Source: Gemmatimonadales bacterium (GTDB taxonomy: Bacteria; Gemmatimonadota; Gemmatimonadetes; Gemmatimonadales; GWC2-71-9). Taken from it: DNA of 35,064 nucleotides. The notes under the pieces were generated by a model. The model had not been told where the DNA came from. It did no database searches and was given only the letters and a program-made list of their open reading frames with translations. Position 1 is the first letter of the stretch, and each line of letters opens with the position of its first letter. This document shows, in pieces, positions 1 through 7,772 of the stretch. Location of the stretch: assembly GCA_036390535.1 (NCBI GenBank), contig DASWBQ010000105.1, forward strand, positions 1 to 35,064. The letters run 5' to 3'. A program made the position numbers and the translations under genes.

Positions 1-496
1 CGAGGTTGATGAGCACCAGTTGTCGCAGCTGTTCCGGCGTCCGGACCCCGCTCATCAGCGGGCCGAGCCGGGCATCGGCTAGGACGGTCTCTCCCAAGTC
101 TGGCGTCACGAACACTCCGGCGGCCAGCATCTCGGGACCAGCGACCTGGCCCTGCTTCACGAGGTCGCGCAGGGCAACGTCCTGAAAGGCCGGCACGCCT
201 GACGAGCGGACGGTGGTCACCCCGGTGGCGAGGGCCCGCTTCGCCGCGGCGAGGTTGTCGAGGTGGGTGTGGGCGTCCATCAACCCCGGCAGCAGGTACC
301 GCCCGCCCAGGTCGAGAATCTCCGCCCCTGTGGGGGCCGGTCCGGGGCCGATCCGCTCGATGCGCCCGCCGCGCAGGACAACGGTGACGTCGCGGGTGAT
401 CACTCCCGAGGCGACATCGACGACGTTCGCGCCGGTGAGCGCCAGGTGGGGCTGAGGGATCGGGCCCTGCTGGAGGGCGAGGAGGAGAAGGAGCAT
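1..496 (-). CDS. amidohydrolase-superfamily metallohydrolase, N-terminal part (3' end lies beyond the window start)
   Basis: Absent from the ORF track because it runs off the edge. Manual reverse-complement translation from the ATG (complement of 494-496) gives MLLLLLALQQGPIPQPHLALTGANVVDVASGVITRDVTVVLRGGRIERIGPG...ILDLGGRYLLPGLMDAHTHLDN... This is the typical N-terminal beta-sandwich plus HxH metal motif of the amidohydrolase family. An in-frame TGA upstream, with no other start codon in between, fixes the ATG. Confidence 0.8.
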   Translation of the reverse strand, partial: MLLLLLALQQGPIPQPHLALTGANVVDVASGVITRDVTVVLRGGRIERIGPGPAPTGAEILDLGGRYLLPGLMDAHTHLDNLAAAKRALATGVTTVRSSGVPAFQDVALRDLVKQGQVAGPEMLAAGVFVTPDLGETVLADARLGPLMSGVRTPEQLRQLVLINL

Positions 497-580
497 GGGC
501 GGAGAGTCGGGGAGGCGGAGGGAGGAAGGGGTTTCGGATGTTAACTTGCCTCACCCCCCGTGCGCGACCAGAGGAGACCC

Positions 581-2101
581 ATGACCGGCTTCCCGGAGTT
601 TGACCGTTATGATGGCCTCGGCATGGCCGAGCTGGTGCGTCGGCGCCAGGTAAGCCCGGTGGAGCTGGTCGAGGAAAGCATTCGACGGATCGAGGCCCGG
701 AACCCGGCGCTGAACGCCGTGATCCATCCGATGTTCGAGAGCGCCCGGCGCGCCGCGGCCGGGCCCCTTCCCGACGGGCCATTTGCCGGCGTTCCCTTCG
801 TCATCAAGGACCTGATCGCCCTCATTGCGGGAGAGCCGCAGCGCAATGGCTGCCGCTACTTCGAGGGCTGGGTACCGGACCACGACGCCGAGATCGTCAA
901 GCGGTACCGCCGGGCCGGGTTTCTCTTCGTGGGGAAGACGAACACCCCGGAGTTCGGCATCACTCCCTTCACCGAGCCCCGGTTCACCGGCATCACCCGG
1001 AATCCATGGAATCCGGACCGGACGGCAGGCGGGTCGAGCGGCGGCACCGGCTCGGCGGTGGCAGCCGGGATGGTGCCCCTGGGTCACGGCAATGACGGCG
1101 GCGGGTCGATCCGGATCCCGGCATCCGCGAACGGGCTGTTCGGGTTCAAGCCGTCACGCGGGCGGACCCCGGTGGGCCCCGACTACGGCGAGTTCTGGCA
1201 GGGCTTCGCCTGTGACCACGTCCTGAGCCGCTCGGTCCGGGACAGCGCCGCCACGCTTGACGCCACGGCCGGCGCGGACCCCGGCGCGCCCTATGTCGCT
1301 CCGCCGCCGGTGCGTCCGTTCCTCGACGAAGTGACGACCGAGCCGGGCCGGCTCCGGATCGGCTTCACGGCGGAGCCGTGGCTCGGGACGACGGTCCACG
1401 GTGATTGCGTGGCCGCCCTGGAGCGCACGGTCGGCCTGCTCCGGCACCTCGGGCACGAGGTTATCGAGGTACAGGCGCCACTCGACGGTATCCGCTTCGC
1501 GCGGGCCTTCATGATGATGATCTGCGGCGAGGTGGCGGCCGACCTGGCGATGTCGGAGCGCCTCGTCGGCCGACCCCTGCGACGGGACCAGTTCGAGGTG
1601 GAGACGTGGGGGCTGGCGCTGATGGGACGCACCCTGTCCGCCGGAGAATTCGCCGGCGCGGTACGGTATCTCAAGTCGGAAGCACGGCGGATCGCGGCGT
1701 GGCAGGAGCAGTACGACCTCCTGCTGACGCCGACGCTGTCGTGTCCCCCGCCACTCCATGGGACCTTCCGCCTGCCCCGGAGGGAGTTGCTGGGACTCCA
1801 GGTGCTCGGGGCGATCGGGGCAGGTGGCGTCCTCAAGGCGTCCGGGATGATCGCCCAGGCCGCGTCGACGGCGTTCAGCTTCATCCCCTGGACTCCGGTG
1901 TCCAACGCCACCGGGCAGCCGGCGATGTCGGTACCACTCGAGTGGAACGCGGAAGGCCTCCCGGTCGGGATGCACTTCATCGGGCGCTACGCGGACGAGG
2001 CCACACTGTTCCGGCTGGCCGGGCAGCTCGAGCGGGCGCAACCGTGGTTCGACCGGCGACCCACCCTGGTGGACGGGAGAGGGCGGGAGGGAGCGGGATA
2101 G
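581..2101 (+). CDS. amidase (amidase-signature family)
   Basis: ORF 560-2101. It carries the amidase-signature Gly/Ser-rich block [14 protein letters not shown], plus FVIKDL (catalytic Lys region) and [10 protein letters not shown] prefer the ATG at 581, preceded by GAGGAG at 571-576, over the GTG at 560. The start is uncertain by 7 codons. Confidence 0.9.
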   Translation: MTGFPEFDRYDGLGMAELVRRRQVSPVELVEESIRRIEARNPALNAVIHPMFESARRAAAGPLPDGPFAGVPFVIKDLIALIAGEPQRNGCRYFEGWVPDHDAEIVKRYRRAGFLFVGKTNTPEFGITPFTEPRFTGITRNPWNPDRTAGGSSGGTGSAVAAGMVPLGHGNDGGGSIRIPASANGLFGFKPSRGRTPVGPDYGEFWQGFACDHVLSRSVRDSAATLDATAGADPGAPYVAPPPVRPFLDEVTTEPGRLRIGFTAEPWLGTTVHGDCVAALERTVGLLRHLGHEVIEVQAPLDGIRFARAFMMMICGEVAADLAMSERLVGRPLRRDQFEVETWGLALMGRTLSAGEFAGAVRYLKSEARRIAAWQEQYDLLLTPTLSCPPPLHGTFRLPRRELLGLQVLGAIGAGGVLKASGMIAQAASTAFSFIPWTPVSNATGQPAMSVPLEWNAEGLPVGMHFIGRYADEATLFRLAGQLERAQPWFDRRPTLVDGRGREGAG

Positions 2102-2120
2102 GGCGGGATGGGTTCTCGGC

Positions 2121-2183
2121 GCTCTCTGCTCTCGGCTCTCTGATGTCCGCTCTCTACTCTCTCCTCTCTACTCTCTACTCCCC
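2121..2183. repeat. tandem heptanucleotide repeat, 9 units of NCTCTCN (pyrimidine-rich on the + strand)
   Basis: Read directly: gctctct gctctcg gctctct gatgtcc gctctct actctct cctctct actctct actcccc. It lies between the amidase stop (TAG 2099-2101) and the M20 start (ATG 2193). Confidence 0.8.
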
Positions 2184-2192
2184 CCGACGCCC

Positions 2193-3614
2193 ATGCGCAC
2201 CCTGACCGCCACCTGCCTCCTCTCGCTCCTTGCCGCACCTCTCGCCGCCCAGCGGGATGCCGCCTCTGTCCTGCGGGCGCTCGACACCAGGGCCCCCGCC
2301 TACGCCGGGATCGCGAAACAGATCTGGGGCTTCGCGGAGGTCGGCTATCAGGAGGTGAAGAGCAGCGCCCTCCTGCAGGAGCAGCTCCGGGCCGCGGGCT
2401 TCGCGGTGGAGGCCGGCGTCGCAGAAATTCCAACGGCCTTCGTCGCCACCTGGGGAAGCGGCCAGCCGGTGATCGCGATCATGGGCGAGTTCGACGCCCT
2501 GCCAGGGCTCTCGCAGGACGCCGTCCCGACCCCGAAGCCGCTGATCGCGGGTGGCGCCGGCCACGGCTGCGGCCATCACCTCTTCGGCACCGCCGCCACG
2601 GCGGCGGCGATCGCGGTGAAGGACTGGCTCGCGGCAACCGGCGGAAAGGGCACGATCAGGTTTCTCGGAACGCCCGCGGAGGAGGGCGGTGGCGGGAAGG
2701 TCTATATGATCCGCGCGGGGCTCTTCCGGGACGTCGATGTCGCCGTCACCTGGCATCCGGGCGACGTCAACCAGGTGTCACGCGCGACCAGCCTGGCGAA
2801 CGTCAGCGCCAAGTTCCGCTTCCGCGGCCTGAGCGCCCACGCCGCGGCCGCGCCGGAGCAGGGACGCTCCGCGCTCGACGGCGTCGAGGCGATGAACGCC
2901 ATGGTCAACCTGATGCGGGAGCACATCCCCGCCGAGACCCGGATCCATTACGTCATCACGGCGGGCGGCAAGGCGCCGAACGTGGTGCCCGACTTCGCCG
3001 AGGTGTACTACTACGCCCGGCACTCGGACATGCGGGTCCTCGACGGCATCTGGGAGCGGATCGTCAACGCCTCGAAGGGTGCGGCGCTCGGTACCGGGAC
3101 CCAGGTGGAGATGGAGGTCGTCAACGCGGTCTACAACATCCTCCCGAACGACGCCCTCGCCGACGTGATGCAGCGGGCGCTCGACCGGGTGGGGGGATTC
3201 AGCTACACCTCGGAGGAGGAGCGGTTCGCCACCGAGATCCGGAAGACGCTGACCGGGACCGTCCCGCCGATGGGGACCGAGGGGAAGGTGCTGCCGCCGG
3301 AGGTCGGGGTGTCGAGCGGCTCCACCGACGTCGGGGACGTGAGCTGGGTAGTGCCGACGGTACAGATGAGCTCGGCGACCTGGGTGCCTGGGACGCCGGC
3401 ACACAGCTGGCAGGCGGTCGCCTCCGGCGGGACATCGATCGGCTCGAAGGGGATGATGGTCGCCGCCAAGACCATGGCGCTGACTACCATGGAGCTGTTC
3501 ACGACGCCGGCGGAGATCGAGCGGGCCAAGGCGGAGTTCGCCAAGCGGGTCGGCGGCTTCCAGTACACCCCGAAGGTGGGGGACCGGAAGCCGCCGCTCG
3601 ATTACCGCCGGTAG
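2193..3614 (+). CDS. secreted M20-family amidohydrolase/peptidase (AbgB / aminobenzoyl-glutamate hydrolase subunit B-like)
   Basis: 473 aa. Signal-like N-terminus MRTLTATCLLSLLAAPLAAQ. Characteristic blocks: PTAFVATWGSG, GHGCGHHLFG, LGTPAEEGGGGK, APNVVPDFAEV, GSTDVGDVSW, HSWQ. Confidence 0.9.
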   Translation: MRTLTATCLLSLLAAPLAAQRDAASVLRALDTRAPAYAGIAKQIWGFAEVGYQEVKSSALLQEQLRAAGFAVEAGVAEIPTAFVATWGSGQPVIAIMGEFDALPGLSQDAVPTPKPLIAGGAGHGCGHHLFGTAATAAAIAVKDWLAATGGKGTIRFLGTPAEEGGGGKVYMIRAGLFRDVDVAVTWHPGDVNQVSRATSLANVSAKFRFRGLSAHAAAAPEQGRSALDGVEAMNAMVNLMREHIPAETRIHYVITAGGKAPNVVPDFAEVYYYARHSDMRVLDGIWERIVNASKGAALGTGTQVEMEVVNAVYNILPNDALADVMQRALDRVGGFSYTSEEERFATEIRKTLTGTVPPMGTEGKVLPPEVGVSSGSTDVGDVSWVVPTVQMSSATWVPGTPAHSWQAVASGGTSIGSKGMMVAAKTMALTTMELFTTPAEIERAKAEFAKRVGGFQYTPKVGDRKPPLDYRR

Positions 3615-3621
3615 GCGGCGT

Positions 3622-3650
3622 GAACGGGCGGCCTGATAGGCCGCCCGTTC
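3622..3650. terminator. perfect 13-bp stem / 3-nt loop hairpin between convergent genes (candidate bidirectional terminator)
   Basis: GAACGGGCGGCCT-gat-AGGCCGCCCGTTC read directly. It sits in the 65-nt gap between the stops at 3614 (+) and 3680 (-). There is no clear U-tract on either side, so the function is inferred. Confidence 0.5.
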
Positions 3651-3679
3651 AGCGGCTTACGAACGCCGCAGAGGGCCCC

Positions 3680-5116
3680 CTAGGGCAGCGGGGGCTTCTG
3701 GCCCTCCGGGATGGCCGACTTGTAGGGCCGCCCCGCGGTCTGCTTCGCGAACTCCGCCTTGGCCGCCGCCAGCAGCTGCGGGTTGGTGAAGAGGTCCACC
3801 GCGGTCATGGCGATGACCTTGGCGGCCACGTCGGCCGCCTTGCTGGCGCCGGGGATGCCGTGGGAGGCCGACGTCTGCCAGCTGTGCCAGGGCAGGTCGA
3901 TTCCCGCCGTGGCCACCTCGAGCCCGACCGTGGGGTTGATCCAGCTGACGTCGGCGACGTCGGTGGAACCGCCCGAGAGCGGCTCCACGCCCGGCTTGAG
4001 CGGCTTCACCGTGGTGCTCATCCCCTTCTCAGGCCGGCTCGACACCTTCTGCATCTCCCGGGCGAACTGGTGCTCCGCCTCGGCCCACTTCGGCGCGCCG
4101 ACCGTCTCGAGATTCTTCTGCATCGCCTCCTGCAGCGGCCGGTTGAAGAGGTATTCATAGACGCCCGTGTTGAGGAACACCTTGTGGGTGGTCCGGGTCG
4201 CCAGGGCCGCCCCCTCGGCGATCTTGAGCAGCCAGGCGTAATGCTCGTCGACCTGCTGGCGCGACGAGTCGCGCACGAAGAACCAGACCCTGGCATAGGC
4301 CGGCACCACGTTCGGGGCCTCCCCGGCGGCCGGGATCACGTAGTGGACCCGGGCCGTAGGCCGGACGTGCTCGCGCATCATGTTGACCGCGTGGGTCATC
4401 AATTCGACAGCGTCGAGGGCACTCTTGCCGTTCCAGGGATCGGCGGCCGCATGTGCCGGCTGGCCGAAGAACTCGACGGTGAAATTGTTGTTGGCCTGGT
4501 TGGCGGTGTTGCCGACGGCGGTCTCGGTGTTGGGGTGCCACTCGAGCGTGGCGTCGAGGCCGTCGAACAGGCCGTCGCGCGCCATGTAGGTCTTGCCGAT
4601 CAGGGTCTCCTCGGCCGGCGTCCCATACAGCTTGATGGTGCCCCTGATCCCCTGCGCCTGCATCACCCGCTTCAGCGCGATGGCGGCGCCCACGGAGCCG
4701 GCCCCGAAGAGGTTGTGGCCGCAGCCCTGGCCGCCGAGGGTGCCGTCAGCGCGCGGCTGTCGGGAAGGCACGGCCTCGTTGCCGATGCCGGGCAGGGCGT
4801 CGTACTCGGCCAGGATGCCGATGACCGGCGCCCCGCTTCCCCAGGTGGCGACGAACGCCGTTGGCATGCCCGCGACCCCGCGCGCGACCGTGAAGCCTTC
4901 CTTCTCCGCCAGGTCGGCCAGGAACGCCGCGGACTTCGATTCCTTGAGCGCGGTTTCCGAGTAGGTCCAAAGGGTCATCGACATCCGGCCGATCTCGCCG
5001 GAGAGCCGGTCGACCTCGGCGGCGACCGCCTGTTTGGCAGGGACCGGTCGCTGGGCGTCAGCGAGGACCGGCAGGACGAAGAGGGCCGCGGCAGCGGCCA
5101 GAACGCGCGAGTGCAT
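3680..5116 (-). CDS. secreted M20-family amidohydrolase/peptidase (AbgB-like), paralog of 2193-3614
   Basis: 478 aa. Signal-like MHSRVLAAAAALFVLPVLADAQ. It has the same blocks as its neighbour: PTAFVATWGSG, GQGCGHNLFG, YGTPAEE, APNVVPAYARV, GSTDVADVSW, HSWQ, KAEFAK. Confidence 0.9.
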   Translation of the reverse strand: MHSRVLAAAAALFVLPVLADAQRPVPAKQAVAAEVDRLSGEIGRMSMTLWTYSETALKESKSAAFLADLAEKEGFTVARGVAGMPTAFVATWGSGAPVIGILAEYDALPGIGNEAVPSRQPRADGTLGGQGCGHNLFGAGSVGAAIALKRVMQAQGIRGTIKLYGTPAEETLIGKTYMARDGLFDGLDATLEWHPNTETAVGNTANQANNNFTVEFFGQPAHAAADPWNGKSALDAVELMTHAVNMMREHVRPTARVHYVIPAAGEAPNVVPAYARVWFFVRDSSRQQVDEHYAWLLKIAEGAALATRTTHKVFLNTGVYEYLFNRPLQEAMQKNLETVGAPKWAEAEHQFAREMQKVSSRPEKGMSTTVKPLKPGVEPLSGGSTDVADVSWINPTVGLEVATAGIDLPWHSWQTSASHGIPGASKAADVAAKVIAMTAVDLFTNPQLLAAAKAEFAKQTAGRPYKSAIPEGQKPPLP

Positions 5117-5206
5117 TGCAGGGCTCGTGGTGTGGTGGATGAAGGGACGTTACCGGATCAGCAGTCGCACGGCAACTCGCCCGCCGCGACAGTAGATTCC
5201 ACGTAC

Positions 5207-7717
5207 ATGACGTTCCGTTTCCCGCGTGTCCTCCGTCGTACGGCCCTGCTGGCGGTGTTCCTGGCAGGTGGAACCGGGTTGCGTTCGCCTGCCGCAGGCC
5301 AATCACCGGATTCGGTCACCCTCGCGCCCGGTCCCCAATACCGGGCGGACCTGCCGCTCTCCTTCCTGGGCAGCTGGGTGTACGGCAAGCGATACCGGAA
5401 CGCGTGGACGACGCCGATCACCGTTCCCCGCTTCGACCCGTCGCGATTCGCCGGGGGGCTGACACCCCTCTTCGCCGACACCGGGGTCCGCGCCGGCTCG
5501 CACTACTTCCGCGATGGGCGCGGTGAGCTGTGGACCTTCCGCACCTTCGACCCCAACCTTTCGGCGCTGGTTCCCGGGGGTATGCGGAAGCAGGCGGTGA
5601 CGGGAGTGCTCGAGGACCTCGCCTCCGGCAACCTCCCCGGCGCCGCCCTCGTCGTCGGACCGCTCGCGGAGGCCATCGGGGTCACAGCCCCACCAACGAG
5701 GCTCGTGGCATGGGACAGCGTGGCCGGCTACCTCACCTCCAGGATCGACTCACCTTATCTGGACCTGCTCGGCGCGACCGATGGTTCGATCACCACCAGT
5801 GTTCTGCTCGATCGCATGGTGGCCACACCCTCACTCCCCATCGACGAAGCGCGGTACCTGCGGGAGCGCCTGTTTGACATCTATGTTGGCCACTGGGACC
5901 CGACACCTCAATACTGGCGATGGGTCCCCATGCCCGGCGGGGGCTGGGTGCCGGCGAGTCGCTCCCGTGACGGTGCCTTCGCCCGCTATGACGGGTTGAT
6001 AACGGTGTTCACGACGGCGGGCTACCTGCGGTTCGCCTCGTTCGGCTCGGGCTACGACCGGGCGCTTGGGGTGACGCCGCAGCTGCGGGTGATCGACCGG
6101 CGGATTCTGACGGCGGTGCCGGACTCGCTCTGGAACCGGATTGCCGCCTCGATGCAGGCGGCGCTCACCGATTCGGTCATTGCCGACGCGACGCGACGCC
6201 TTCCGGCCGAATATCAGCCTATGCTGTCGGAGCGGCTGGCGGAGCAGCTGCGTGATCGCCGGGACAACCTGCCCGAAGCGGCGCGACGATTCCGGGGGAT
6301 CGTCCTGCAACAGGCGGACGTGTACGGCAGCGCGGGGGCTGACACCACGGTGATCACGCGGGACGCTGCGGGGCACGTCACCGTGCAGGTGAACGAGACC
6401 CTCGTCCACCGATTTGAGCCCAAGGTCACCAGCTGGCTGCACTTCTACCCTCTCGGCGGACCCGATCAGGTGATCGTACGGGGGCCGGGATCCGCAGGAC
6501 CGGTGGTCCAGATTGCCGGGACTCCGGGCCTGACCGTCGTCGATTCGTCGCGGGCGCGCCTCGAGGTGTTCTCGCCGGAGGCCGTGACGCTGGACGGTCC
6601 CGGGGCGGCCCGGATCCGGACAAAGGCCCTGGCGACGCCACGCATCTCGGATTCCCTCCGCGAGGACCTGCCTCCGGCCCCCGGCCCGGCCTATAGCCCG
6701 GTACTATGGCTCGACATCACCAGCGAACTGGGCGTGATGCTCGGAGCCGGCGCGAAGCGCACCATGTGGAGCCCCGACTACGTGCCATGGAAGAGCCAGA
6801 CCACCCTGCGTGCCGGCTACTCCAGCGCCATGAGGACGGGCGGCGTCGAACTGAAAGGGCAGTGGCGCCTGTCGCCGACGGCCAGGCCCTCGGCGATCCT
6901 GAACGCCAAGTACTCGGGGATGGAGAACCTCAACTATTTCGGCTATGGGAACGAGACGCTCCGCGACGAAGCCAGGCCGGACAGCTACTACTGGGCCGGC
7001 CAGACGCACCTGATTCTCGCGCCCGGGGTTCGGATACCGGCGGGCGCGGCGGGGCAGGTCGATGTCGCCGTCGTCTACAAGAACGTCAGCACGACCGACG
7101 ACACCACCCGGTTCATCGTCCAGGAGCATCCCTACGGCGTCAGTCAGGGTTTCAACCAGCTGGGTGCCCAGGTGACGCTGGCGCTCGACACGCGGGACAA
7201 CCCGATGATGGCCAGTCGTGGCATCCGGCTCGAGGCGTCAGGTACGGCCTACCCCGCGCACCTCGATGCCGAGAAGGCGTTCGGGAAGGTCCGGGGCGTG
7301 ATGGCAGGGACGGTGACGCCGGCCGGGTGGCAGTCGCTGTCAGTAGCCGCGAGGGCGGCAGCCGAATGGGCCTGGGGGCAGTACCCAGTGCACGAGGCGG
7401 CGTTCCTCGGCGGCTCCAACAACCTCCGGAGCCACAAGAAGGGACGGTTCTCCGGTGATGCCGCGGTGTACGGCAACCTGGATGCCCGTCTTCGCGTCTT
7501 CACCCTGCCGTTCATCCTGCGCTGGGACGCCGGCGTCTACGGACTGGGTGACGTCGGGCGGGTCTACCTGAAGGACGAGACGTCCACCAAGTGGCACTAC
7601 AGCGCCGGCGGCGGGCTCTGGGTCGCCGCCTCGGACCGGAGCGTCGTCGGGCGGGTGGAGCTGGCCACCGGGGACGACGGCATCGGCTTCCGGTTCGGGA
7701 CCGCGTTCAAGTTCTGA
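5207..7717 (+). CDS. Omp85 (BamA/TamA)-superfamily outer-membrane beta-barrel protein with a large non-POTRA-looking N-terminal domain
   Basis: This is the real part of the 3620-7717 track ORF. The ATG at 5207 gives MTFRFPRVLRRTALLAVFLAGGTGLRSPAAGQ (signal peptide). The C-terminal roughly 330 aa shows alternating beta-strand patterning and a GG..LRS....GRFSGD loop motif. The terminal beta-signal ...GIGFRFGTAFKF ends in Phe. Confidence 0.8.
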   Translation: MTFRFPRVLRRTALLAVFLAGGTGLRSPAAGQSPDSVTLAPGPQYRADLPLSFLGSWVYGKRYRNAWTTPITVPRFDPSRFAGGLTPLFADTGVRAGSHYFRDGRGELWTFRTFDPNLSALVPGGMRKQAVTGVLEDLASGNLPGAALVVGPLAEAIGVTAPPTRLVAWDSVAGYLTSRIDSPYLDLLGATDGSITTSVLLDRMVATPSLPIDEARYLRERLFDIYVGHWDPTPQYWRWVPMPGGGWVPASRSRDGAFARYDGLITVFTTAGYLRFASFGSGYDRALGVTPQLRVIDRRILTAVPDSLWNRIAASMQAALTDSVIADATRRLPAEYQPMLSERLAEQLRDRRDNLPEAARRFRGIVLQQADVYGSAGADTTVITRDAAGHVTVQVNETLVHRFEPKVTSWLHFYPLGGPDQVIVRGPGSAGPVVQIAGTPGLTVVDSSRARLEVFSPEAVTLDGPGAARIRTKALATPRISDSLREDLPPAPGPAYSPVLWLDITSELGVMLGAGAKRTMWSPDYVPWKSQTTLRAGYSSAMRTGGVELKGQWRLSPTARPSAILNAKYSGMENLNYFGYGNETLRDEARPDSYYWAGQTHLILAPGVRIPAGAAGQVDVAVVYKNVSTTDDTTRFIVQEHPYGVSQGFNQLGAQVTLALDTRDNPMMASRGIRLEASGTAYPAHLDAEKAFGKVRGVMAGTVTPAGWQSLSVAARAAAEWAWGQYPVHEAAFLGGSNNLRSHKKGRFSGDAAVYGNLDARLRVFTLPFILRWDAGVYGLGDVGRVYLKDETSTKWHYSAGGGLWVAASDRSVVGRVELATGDDGIGFRFGTAFKF

Positions 7718-7772
7718 GAGGAGGGAGTCGAGTCGAGGGTCGAGAGCAGGGTGTCACGTTATCCTTCTGCCC

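Noticed and set aside
213-544. 80-aa and 93-aa + strand ORFs at the window start
   Set aside because: Both are antisense to the amidohydrolase N-terminus that I translated manually (HxH motif, beta-sandwich N-terminus). Their products are Arg/Pro-rich.
3620-5206. N-terminal 529 codons of the 1365-aa track ORF (3620-7717, +)
   Set aside because: This part is antisense to the well-supported M20 gene 3680-5116. It translates to Arg/Gly/Pro/Leu-rich sequence with no motif. The recognisable protein begins with a signal peptide at the ATG at 5207. It is an open antisense frame of the kind typical of GC-rich DNA.
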